Shown here: positions 48,315-56,732 of the stretch, one piece after another
Position numbering within the stretch: the first letter of the stretch is position 1
How the letters are laid out: the number at the start of each line of letters is the position of its first letter
Origin: a virus
Taxonomy: Duplodnaviria; Caudoviricetes
Virus record (IMG/VR): IMGVR_UViG_3300036762_000188
Length of the DNA: 64,000 nt
Reading direction: 5' to 3' (one strand)
Program-made: the position numbers and the translations under genes
The notes under the pieces: generated by a model
Databases searched by the model: none
Seen by the model: only the letters and a program-made list of their open reading frames with translations
Told to the model about the DNA's origin: nothing

Positions 48315-50080
48315 GCAGCCACCAGAGCCTTTAACCTAACGTAAGAATTACCTAGATCTTTAAATGTATTACGGATAGAAGTGACTAGTGTAGATATCTC
48401 GTCAGAGCTAAGCCTATCGGATAGCTTACTAGTATTCAATCTTACTAACAGTAGAGTGCGCCCTAGTTTATCAACCGCGTCTCCTATGTCAGGTATGTAC
48501 TCAGATATAGTACTATCCATATCCGTGTTACAAAGTATCTGGGCTATAATACTAGCCTGCACTACCTGAGGGTCTCCGGTGTTAACTGCAGACCTTACGG
48601 TGGCCATACCTCTGTCACGATCTTCTTTGTTACCAGTCACTGCTACTGATGGCTGTGGAGTAGCTCCGTACGATACTATAGGTGATGGTGATGTAGAATT
48701 AGGTCCTATACCTGCCATTTTAATCATAGTGATACCTTTAGAGCGTACACTATCCATTAAAGAACGGGCTTGATCAACCGGCATAGCCCAGCGTACTACA
48801 CTATGCTCCATCATCTTGACTTCAGGACCTATCTCTTTACCATCAACAGCGAATACACCATCACGATGCATTATAGTTGCAGAGTATGGCAGTACCATAT
48901 TCTCTAATCTGTTATGGTTAAATTGAGCCTTGTTAATATCAGACTCTAAGTCCTGTATGTAATCGCCCTTTACTAATACAGCAGCGGCAGTGGATCCTAG
49001 ATATACAGTATCTCCTATACGCTCATACAAGGTCTTGATATCCGGAGAACAGACTATAGTATAATCCATACTAACTATACGCACCCCGCGGTTAGTCAGA
49101 GTTACCTCGACAACGTCCATGGGGGATAGGTAGCGCAATCCCGTGAAGGGTACTATACGCTGCCCTCTTACAACTCTATCTAGCGGTACTATAGTATTTC
49201 GGCTAAGTACGTCTGGACTCTCAGTACGAGCGTAGCATACGAATTTATGGAGGTCTCCGCAGGATACACGTCCGTCTTCAGATAAGTATGCTGATTTATA
49301 ACCCCTTTCCATGGGTAAGCGCATTACACCTAAGCCACGACCTTCTATATCTACTGCTATAGTGGAATCGCCTTCGATCATAGCCTGGCTATAAGTAAAC
49401 TCATCACGATCTTGGGATTCTACCATTACTACAGGTATAGTACAGGGATGGATTACAGTGTAACCGTTAGCCAGAACTTCCTGCTTCTGCTCTTCAGACA
49501 GATCGCCTTCACTTACTACTTTAGGTATAGGCTTAGCGTCTGGAGTAAACTCCATATCATCTTTACCTAGAGCTTCTTTAAGATCTTCCACATCCAGGAA
49601 CTCTGATAGTTCATGGAGGGTATCCTCTGATATACCAGCGGATATGTACTGGCGCATACTAGGTGGTAGTGCATCTATAAGTGAGGTTAGACGACTAGAC
49701 GCGTATACGAACTTACCAGTGCGTGGTGGTACCACAGCTTCTAGAAGTGACGGATTCTTCTCTACACCTATAGGCGTATCCACGGCGCATCCCAGAGAGA
49801 AGTCCTCGTCTAGTACCTTACGGATTACGTCTTTAGACACGGGTAGGAATTTAGTACCATCATTCTCATACATAATACACTCTATAGGGAATACTACAGT
49901 GCCCTGTCCGATAACAGGTATGTACATAATGCTGTTCTTAACTTTAACCGTGAAGATACCCATATGGGTATCGGTATCTTCCGGTGATTCATCGGATACA
50001 TCTGCGAAGGTAGTCACATATTGACTAAGCTCTGGCAGTTGTTCACTTAAGCGCTTAGTGGCTATAGTAGTGAAGTTCAT
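48311..50080 (-). CDS. hypothetical head-module protein
   Basis: 589 aa, CAGGAG RBS, TAAAATA upstream, IKMAG motif. Confidence 0.65.
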   Translation of the reverse strand: MNFTTIATKRLSEQLPELSQYVTTFADVSDESPEDTDTHMGIFTVKVKNSIMYIPVIGQGTVVFPIECIMYENDGTKFLPVSKDVIRKVLDEDFSLGCAVDTPIGVEKNPSLLEAVVPPRTGKFVYASSRLTSLIDALPPSMRQYISAGISEDTLHELSEFLDVEDLKEALGKDDMEFTPDAKPIPKVVSEGDLSEEQKQEVLANGYTVIHPCTIPVVMVESQDRDEFTYSQAMIEGDSTIAVDIEGRGLGVMRLPMERGYKSAYLSEDGRVSCGDLHKFVCYARTESPDVLSRNTIVPLDRVVRGQRIVPFTGLRYLSPMDVVEVTLTNRGVRIVSMDYTIVCSPDIKTLYERIGDTVYLGSTAAAVLVKGDYIQDLESDINKAQFNHNRLENMVLPYSATIMHRDGVFAVDGKEIGPEVKMMEHSVVRWAMPVDQARSLMDSVRSKGITMIKMAGIGPNSTSPSPIVSYGATPQPSVAVTGNKEDRDRGMATVRSAVNTGDPQVVQASIIAQILCNTDMDSTISEYIPDIGDAVDKLGRTLLLVRLNTSKLSDRLSSDEISTLVTSIRNTFKDLGNSYVRLKALVAA

Positions 50081-50107
50081 AGTTTTCTCCTGTTAACTGA
50101 ATATATT

Positions 50108-51919
50108 TTAGTACTTACCATCTGCACCATCCCCGAAGTTACGACCCATAATATAAGCCGCTATAGGATCTGTAGAAGATATCTCCGCAGAATGTCCTTC
50201 AGCTACACCAGTCTTTAGAGTACGCGCCTGGTGGCCCAATGTTAATTTAGAAATCCAATTATCATCGTAGAATTTGACAGATTTAAGACCTGGCACTATA
50301 GCCTCTGTGGTAAGACCCGATTTACTGATCTTAACTTCCTTGACGCCGTGATTAAGTAAGTACTCTATATGGTTATTATCCATCACAGTACCTGGTGTTA
50401 ACTGCAGGTACTGCTGTGCTAACTTACTACCTATAGAGTTCTTAACGTCTACAGTGGCAGTGTCTTTAGTCAAAGCATCTTGTATAGCATTTACCGTAAG
50501 TACCTGTCCTGATAGATAATCCGTGTCACCCGGGTTTTTAACTCGCACGTGCTTGATTACATTCTTGGCTACTATTTCAAAATGTCTTTTATCTAAAAAG
50601 TTACCAGAATCCTCGTAGATGCGGTTCATCTCCTCTGATATGTATTTACGCCCGTCACCGGTACCGCGTAAAGATACTAACTCACGAGGATCCGTAGTAC
50701 CGCCAGATAACTGGTCGCCGATACGTATAGTGTCTCCTACACTAACTCTTAGGCCTCTAGTGCGCGGTACGAAGTGCTCTACTCCGTTAACGAATACCTT
50801 GTTATCTTTAAGAGAAGTCTCGGTTATATCATTGACGGTGCCATCTACTTTGGATATAGTCGCCTTATCCAAAAACTTCTGAGGGTTAGTAAGCAGGTTA
50901 CTGACTAGGTCGAACGGGTTTGACTTCTTACCAGCCTTAGCATCATGCTTAGTACCTAGTACCATCTGAGTCAGTACTTCTGATACAGACTGAGACGCTA
51001 TCACACCGACGTTCTCTCCTATATCAGGAAGATGTCCCCGGGAATCTAATCCGTAGCACTTCTGACACACACCGTCTTTAATCGTACAGGTCATAGGAGA
51101 GCGTACTACAACAGTCTTCTTACTACCCTTAAGATCGCTCCAACGCGCCTCATCTATTAATACGTTAGTACCAGCTTCATATCTACCTATGATACCACGC
51201 TTATCATCTATCTTAACAGGTATACCATTGGAAGTACCACAGTCATGAGTGATAACCACCTCTCTCATAAGATTAGGAGTGATCTGCTTAAACATATCTC
51301 CAGGCTTAGATGTAGCTAACTGTGCCGCTACAGTATTACCCCTACCCCAATAACTCATAGCCAGCTGCTGTGCTGGAGTAAGTCCCTCACTATAAGATTT
51401 AGTGATAGGTAGTGGTATAGGAGTCTTATCTATACGCTTGGATATTAACGGAGTGGACGTACCCTGCATTAATTGGTTAGGGTTACCACGAGCTCCTGTC
51501 TGTGCCATCAAAGCTGCTGTACTACCGTTATTAAGTAAATGACTTAAGTTCTGTGTATTTAGCAGTTTCTCATAGTCATGAGTTATCTCGTTAATACGGT
51601 CATCTTTCTTAGAGCGTTCCATGTCTGAGGATTCTACTCCGTCTATCTTGGAACTGAATTCCTTAATAAGTGCTGCGCGATCTTCTGAGTCGTTCAAGTA
51701 GTCTGCTAGAGGTGTAGAGAACCCGTTTACAGTAGCTTGATGAAAAAACTCTTTAGATATGTTAGATATAGTTGTACCAGCGTCTTTACCACCGTGGGTG
51801 ATGATAGATGCCATCAAGTCCTTAACACCGCCTTTGTCTAACTCTACCTTAGGATCGTAGTAAGGCTTAACTGAATCAGGCAGCATATGCTTGATCTTTA
51901 TAGATCCTGCAGTAATCAT
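50108..51919 (-). CDS. rpoC: phage multisubunit RNA polymerase, beta' C-terminal part
   Basis: GARGN, SYSEGLT, T.KPG, DCGT, RSPMTC...GVCQKCYG, GENVGVIASQSVSE..TQM...TKH, HFEIV. Confidence 0.9.
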   Translation of the reverse strand: MITAGSIKIKHMLPDSVKPYYDPKVELDKGGVKDLMASIITHGGKDAGTTISNISKEFFHQATVNGFSTPLADYLNDSEDRAALIKEFSSKIDGVESSDMERSKKDDRINEITHDYEKLLNTQNLSHLLNNGSTAALMAQTGARGNPNQLMQGTSTPLISKRIDKTPIPLPITKSYSEGLTPAQQLAMSYWGRGNTVAAQLATSKPGDMFKQITPNLMREVVITHDCGTSNGIPVKIDDKRGIIGRYEAGTNVLIDEARWSDLKGSKKTVVVRSPMTCTIKDGVCQKCYGLDSRGHLPDIGENVGVIASQSVSEVLTQMVLGTKHDAKAGKKSNPFDLVSNLLTNPQKFLDKATISKVDGTVNDITETSLKDNKVFVNGVEHFVPRTRGLRVSVGDTIRIGDQLSGGTTDPRELVSLRGTGDGRKYISEEMNRIYEDSGNFLDKRHFEIVAKNVIKHVRVKNPGDTDYLSGQVLTVNAIQDALTKDTATVDVKNSIGSKLAQQYLQLTPGTVMDNNHIEYLLNHGVKEVKISKSGLTTEAIVPGLKSVKFYDDNWISKLTLGHQARTLKTGVAEGHSAEISSTDPIAAYIMGRNFGDGADGKY

Positions 51920-52104
51920 GTATCCCTCCTAGGGGCACCTGTAGGTTTAAAATTTACGGGCATACCTTTCCTGGCTACAAAAGCCCTGCCAGTGCCCTTC
52001 TTTACGTCTACGCCTTTACGTGTTAATAAGCGTGCCGGTTTATGTACTTGCATAGTCTGGTCTGCGTATGATCCAGATGCTCTTATCTTAGATATCAAGC
52101 TCAT
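51916..52104 (-). CDS. small basic protein
   Basis: 62 aa with ATGA overlaps on both sides. Confidence 0.55.
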   Translation of the reverse strand: MSLISKIRASGSYADQTMQVHKPARLLTRKGVDVKKGTGRAFVARKGMPVNFKPTGAPRRDT

Positions 52105-52274
52105 ACTCGTCTGTTCCTAGACTCTCTCCATAGCTTAGATACTATAAATCTCTTAAAAGCGTTCTTACTGACCCCATGGTTTACCACTACACCTACAGCG
52201 GGGCGTAGCTCATCGTACACGTCTGCTTGTTTAAGCATACGTGCCTTAGAGGCAAGCTCTTCTATCCTATTCAT
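52101..52274 (-). CDS. small hypothetical protein (57 aa; not in the ORF track)
   Basis: MNRIEELASKARMLKQADV...; AAGGAG RBS, TAAAATA upstream, ATGA overlap. Confidence 0.65.
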   Translation of the reverse strand: MNRIEELASKARMLKQADVYDELRPAVGVVVNHGVSKNAFKRFIVSKLWRESRNRRV

Positions 52275-52421
52275 AACCCACTCCTTTGGCTATCTATAAT
52301 AGGTATTTTAGTGTAGGTGTGTAATAACATCGCTTTGCATAAGCATCCTATACACTTCTTAAAGTACATTAGCTATGGTATTTTGGTTATAAGTACTATG
52401 TACATAAATTAGGAGTATACC

Positions 52422-52757
52422 ATGAATAAAGTAACACTGTTAAAAGAAGCCGTCTCTTTGCTAGAGGAACTTCAGGCCCAAGTGGCTGATTACGACCGTA
52501 CTATTGAGTTGTTAATATCTGAGGGTAAGGAGGTAGAGAATAAGATCAATACTCTTAGCAGTACTCTACCTAAAGTCATACGAAAGAGCACTAAGTTGAG
52601 CCCTTCACAGTTAACCTCTTCAAAAGAGAGGGAGGGGTTGCTTGTGAGTAAGGTGGTATGGGATGCTCACTTAAAAATGTGTATGGAAGAACGCGTTACG
52701 TGTATAGATATGCACGACCGTGTCTATACACTAGCTGTAGTGAAATGCTGCTACTAG
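52422..52757 (+). CDS. hypothetical coiled-coil protein
   Basis: AGGAG RBS with GGTTATAAGTAC upstream. Confidence 0.65.
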   Translation: MNKVTLLKEAVSLLEELQAQVADYDRTIELLISEGKEVENKINTLSSTLPKVIRKSTKLSPSQLTSSKEREGLLVSKVVWDAHLKMCMEERVTCIDMHDRVYTLAVVKCCY

Positions 52758-52771
52758 TGTGTGGATATTAT

Positions 52772-52798
52772 AAGGGTTGATTCGTCAACCCTATTTTT
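52772..52798 (+). terminator. probable terminator
   Basis: AGGGTTGA-TTCG-TCAACCCT followed by ATTTTT. Confidence 0.7.
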
Positions 52799-52831
52799 AA
52801 ACCTGTACAATTTTATAGTCGGAGACGTATT

Positions 52832-53695
52832 ATGTTAAGTGAGAAACTTGAAAAACTGTTTACGCACTGTACCGCACCTTTAACAGTGTTAGATCAGTAC
52901 ATTAAGAAGGGGCTGTCTGGTCAAGGATGGGGCCCTATAGAGGGGGTGGATGACTATTATATAAAACAGGTGGAGGCAGCGGTAACGCTATACCGTGTGG
53001 ATTTGGAAAAAAGTACTTCAATATGTATAAGATTCCATAATGATAGTGCTAATATCATAGGGATTCGTAACAAACTTATAAGGAGTGGTCTCTCCAAAAG
53101 TACTAGTGACTCGCTAGTATCCGGTGCATTGGAGAATGACGAGTGGGCCAATTTACTTACAGTGTGCGATACCCTGGGGATAGATACTGATGAACTAATG
53201 AAGGGTTATGAGGAGAATCCTATACATGAGTTTCAGTACGACATCGAACCTTCAAGTGATGAATTCGAGGAATTTTCAAAGAATGTAATACCTTCTTTGA
53301 ATATGCCGGTGGAAGAGGCGATCATCCTCTTGAAGAGGGCAGTTGAAGAGGATGACCTAGAAACATGGAAAATCCTAGTGGATAACGGAGGACCGCTACT
53401 CGAAAAGTTTCGCATGATTATACAGGTGGCACGCGAGTACTACAATTGTGAAATAAATCTGTACAATGGTAGACTTCCTGATATCAAAGGACTAGATGAT
53501 ATTATAACGTCTATGATAAGACCGACTCTAGGATCCTCAATAACGGAGACTATGTTAGAGAAAGCTATTTACCATGGAGATGTTGGTATAATAGAACCCC
53601 TGTGCACTATGGCAGGAGTGGACTCGGCACTACGAGCACACATCCTAGGACGGGTTTCAGATAACAAACCTGACGTAGTCTTGAAGCTGAAATAG
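52832..53695 (+). CDS. hypothetical protein, paralog A
   Basis: 287 aa; similar to 54094-54960 (KKG..G.GW...GVD, W.NL...CD.LGI, W.ILVD.GG.LL). Confidence 0.75.
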   Translation: MLSEKLEKLFTHCTAPLTVLDQYIKKGLSGQGWGPIEGVDDYYIKQVEAAVTLYRVDLEKSTSICIRFHNDSANIIGIRNKLIRSGLSKSTSDSLVSGALENDEWANLLTVCDTLGIDTDELMKGYEENPIHEFQYDIEPSSDEFEEFSKNVIPSLNMPVEEAIILLKRAVEEDDLETWKILVDNGGPLLEKFRMIIQVAREYYNCEINLYNGRLPDIKGLDDIITSMIRPTLGSSITETMLEKAIYHGDVGIIEPLCTMAGVDSALRAHILGRVSDNKPDVVLKLK

Positions 53696-53722
53696 CATCG
53701 AATGGGGGCTTAGGCCCTCATT

Positions 53723-54027
53723 CTGTTACAAAAGCCTTAAGAAATGTAACACGTTTGTAACACCCTAATTCCAGTAATGACGCGGCTTTTTTTAGATTTG
53801 TTACAAAAAAACATTGTTACATAAAATAATACACATACTATGAGAGAGAGAGGGAGAGGGAGGAATGTATATATAAATACACTATATAAGAAAAGTGTGT
53901 TTTTATATATAGGCCTCTCCCTCTCTCATAGTATGTGTGTGTTCCAGTGTTTCTGTGTTTTCTGTAACGACTCCTCCTCAACCCGCATAGAAGCTAGGAT
54001 CCGGCGTTACACGGGTGTTACAGGATT
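53723..54027. repeat. ~305-bp non-coding element, copy 2 (inverted)
   Basis: Reverse-complement match to 3614-3918. Confidence 0.9.
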
Positions 54028-54093
54028 ATGTTTTAATAACATCTATGTTATTTAATGTTATAAGTACTTTAGTACATTAACTAGGAGTATAGT

Positions 54094-54960
54094 ATGAACA
54101 AATTAGCTGAGCTAATCCAAGAAGCCTTAGAAAATTGTGAATCCGTAGACGAACTTGATGAAGCGCTTAAGAAGGGGTTTGCAGGGGACGGCTGGGACGA
54201 CGTACCGGGAGTAGACCCTGTTACGATGAAAGAGTTATCACTAGCGGTTTTAGCTGACCGCCTGTGCACACGTAGTACGAAGGAGATGTGTATTAAATTC
54301 GGGAGTAACACCCCGGCTATAGACGCTGTTTTAAATGGTATGGCGGCGGCAGGTCTAAGTCCAACGGAGTGCAACGAGCTGTTAGGTACGGCACTAAAGG
54401 ATTCCAGCTGGGTTAACCTCCGCGTTATATGTGATGGGCTGGGGATTAGTGGACTGGATGCTATGATAGCTAGCTTAGAGGCTAACCCTTTAAGAGAGCT
54501 ATCATATGATATCACTCCCGTTACTAATGGGTTAGATAGATTTGTTAAAGGTATAATACCTGCAGTGGGTCTACCTATATCCCAGGTAGAGCCTTTGTTA
54601 CACGCTGCGGTAGCTGGTGACGAGAGCGCCTGGCAGATACTAGTAGATAAAGGAGGGGAGCTTCTCTCTGACTTCAAATATTTAGTATCCAATATGAAAT
54701 TGCAGGTATCTGGCTCCCTGAGCCTATATGATGGCGTAGTACCATCCCTGGATGATCTTGATGAATTACTCCTTGCCCTTATAGACCATGAAGTACCCCC
54801 TGAGACAATATCAGGATTAATTAGTCTAATGGCTATTACCGGTAGTATGTCCGAGGTAGAGTCGTTATGCGCGGCCTTAGGGATAGACGGCGGGGTAGTT
54901 CGGATAGCCGAGCGTTGGGTCGCGGGTAACCGTCCCGCTATAACTCTTAATATACAGTAG
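54094..54960 (+). CDS. hypothetical protein, paralog B
   Basis: 288 aa, AGGAG RBS, promoter motif at 54057; paralog of 52832-53695. Confidence 0.75.
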   Translation: MNKLAELIQEALENCESVDELDEALKKGFAGDGWDDVPGVDPVTMKELSLAVLADRLCTRSTKEMCIKFGSNTPAIDAVLNGMAAAGLSPTECNELLGTALKDSSWVNLRVICDGLGISGLDAMIASLEANPLRELSYDITPVTNGLDRFVKGIIPAVGLPISQVEPLLHAAVAGDESAWQILVDKGGELLSDFKYLVSNMKLQVSGSLSLYDGVVPSLDDLDELLLALIDHEVPPETISGLISLMAITGSMSEVESLCAALGIDGGVVRIAERWVAGNRPAITLNIQ

Positions 54961-55002
54961 TGCTACATTAGCGCCGGCCTACGGGCCGGTTAGGATATTA
55001 TA

Positions 55003-55458
55003 ATGACTGTAGAAAAGTGTTTTGAAAGAATACTGATTGATATAGCGTCTGGAGACACTATCGTGTCTCTAGAATCCTTCATAAACGGATACGCCGCCTT
55101 AATATTAAACGGTGATTACTCTGATCTACAGAGTTCTCTACCATCGAGTTCATTAGACGAGGTAATAGAGTGCACATCCGGTAAGAGCCCCGCGGAGATA
55201 CATAGTGAGGCCGGTCCAGTGATGGATAATGTGCTGGACATGTATCTAAGTACTAACCTAGTAGATATCGTAGGGAATTATAGACGCGAGCTAAGAGAGG
55301 TAAGCTACCAAGTGAAGAATAAAGGCCCTCTCACGGCGGCCACTCTACTCAGCAACACTAACGGGGATGATCTAGTTAATGGACTGAAGGCTAGTGTAAA
55401 TGAGTACCAGGATAATATAGCATCCTTACTAACGTCTATAAGGGCTTACAATGAGTAG
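55003..55458 (+). CDS. hypothetical protein
   Basis: 151 aa, AGGA RBS. Confidence 0.6.
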   Translation: MTVEKCFERILIDIASGDTIVSLESFINGYAALILNGDYSDLQSSLPSSSLDEVIECTSGKSPAEIHSEAGPVMDNVLDMYLSTNLVDIVGNYRRELREVSYQVKNKGPLTAATLLSNTNGDDLVNGLKASVNEYQDNIASLLTSIRAYNE

Positions 55459-55849
55459 CCCTCTAGCCGAAGTACTCCATGGGATCAGCACCTACGGAGT
55501 ATCGCTTAGCAAGCTGGCGGCCGACCTCATCATCGTGTCCGGCGGATCTCTACCCGCTGATATAGAAGATCGCTCTCTTAGACTTCAGTCGTTCTACCGG
55601 AGTATCTTAGGGGATCCACAGGATCCTCTTATAGAGGACCTATTATACCTGTATAAGTCTGGATGTATCCTGAGTAAAATCATGGCGCAGGCCGAGAACA
55701 TGGTGAATTATCGAGCCGATGACGTAGCTAGCGCCTATACTCTTGCTGATGACGAACTACGCGGCTTACTAATTAAGCGTGATAAGGAGTTATTGGTAGG
55801 TACTATAAACGATATAAATGAGATGCTGGAGGAGCTGGAAAACTTGTAA
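55451..55849 (+). CDS. hypothetical protein
   Basis: 132 aa, overlaps the previous gene. Confidence 0.6.
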   Translation: MSSPLAEVLHGISTYGVSLSKLAADLIIVSGGSLPADIEDRSLRLQSFYRSILGDPQDPLIEDLLYLYKSGCILSKIMAQAENMVNYRADDVASAYTLADDELRGLLIKRDKELLVGTINDINEMLEELENL

Positions 55850-55864
55850 CTTTCGACCTCCTAG

Positions 55865-55898
55865 CGGTTATAAGTATAATGTACAGACTTATAATTGG
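55865..55898 (+). promoter_or_regulatory. duplicated promoter/leader, copy 1
   Basis: CGGTTATAAGTATAATGTACAGACTTATAATTGG, near-identical to 56283-56316. Confidence 0.75.
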
Positions 55899-55906
55899 AG
55901 AGACTC

Positions 55907-56236
55907 ATGGAAAACCGAATGACGAACCGAATGGCGTACATACAACACTGCTTGATAAAGGCGGCCATAGCAAGTGGAGTATCTGAGTACGCCCTAGCTG
56001 AGCTAGTCGATCAGATGCAAACTGGGGATTGGAGTGGGTTAGAAGGGATTAAAGGGGCAGAGGCTCAGGTGGCGAGCCTTAAGGAGTATTACGAAGACAA
56101 TGGGGTCCCTTATAACTCCTTCACGTACCTGCCGACCTCTGCATCTCTGCTGAATAGAGACGAGACCCTGAAGAGAGCTGAGGGTGTAGTATCTCCTGAA
56201 TTTATAGAGTCTATGAAAAGACTCTGGAATTACTGA
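55907..56236 (+). CDS. hypothetical protein
   Basis: ATG at 55907 after GGAG RBS (the track starts at TTG 55895). Confidence 0.65.
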   Translation: MENRMTNRMAYIQHCLIKAAIASGVSEYALAELVDQMQTGDWSGLEGIKGAEAQVASLKEYYEDNGVPYNSFTYLPTSASLLNRDETLKRAEGVVSPEFIESMKRLWNY

Positions 56237-56282
56237 AGTTGTAATTAAAGTAGAGCCTAGCTCTACTTTTTAGCCTCACCAA

Positions 56283-56316
56283 CGGTTATAAGTATAATGT
56301 ATAGACTTATAATTGG
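56283..56316 (+). promoter_or_regulatory. duplicated promoter/leader, copy 2
   Basis: CGGTTATAAGTATAATGTATAGACTTATAATTGG. Confidence 0.75.
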
Positions 56317-56324
56317 GGATAGAA

Positions 56325-56732
56325 ATGTTAAACATGCTAATGGAAGTACACCGTATCAAGGCCTCTATGGCAGTTACCTTCCCGCAGGGGGTGAACGATA
56401 TGAATAAGTTCGCTCATCTCGTGATTAACGAGGAGGTAATACCGGATCGTAAGATTCGAGATACACAGCGTAAGGTAGATGCCCTTAACCACCTGCTAGA
56501 TGCGTGTAGGATTAAGAATGGGAAGGAGTTGAAGATGAGCCAGACTATGTGGGCTCATGTCAACTCGGAAAAGCCTAAGGGCTTAACTATGATACTTAGA
56601 AAATTGGTTTGTGAACACTTGGGGGTGAAGAGCCACCCAATCACTCCTAAACGGATACTCGAGCTATACGCAGAGTATCCGGAGGATCGGGTGATCTATA
56701 ACGTAGCCCGAGCTATCACGCTGCTCGGGTGA
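56325..56732 (+). CDS. hypothetical protein
   Basis: ATG at 56325 after GGGGA; converges on and overlaps the RNAP stop. Confidence 0.6.
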   Translation: MLNMLMEVHRIKASMAVTFPQGVNDMNKFAHLVINEEVIPDRKIRDTQRKVDALNHLLDACRIKNGKELKMSQTMWAHVNSEKPKGLTMILRKLVCEHLGVKSHPITPKRILELYAEYPEDRVIYNVARAITLLG

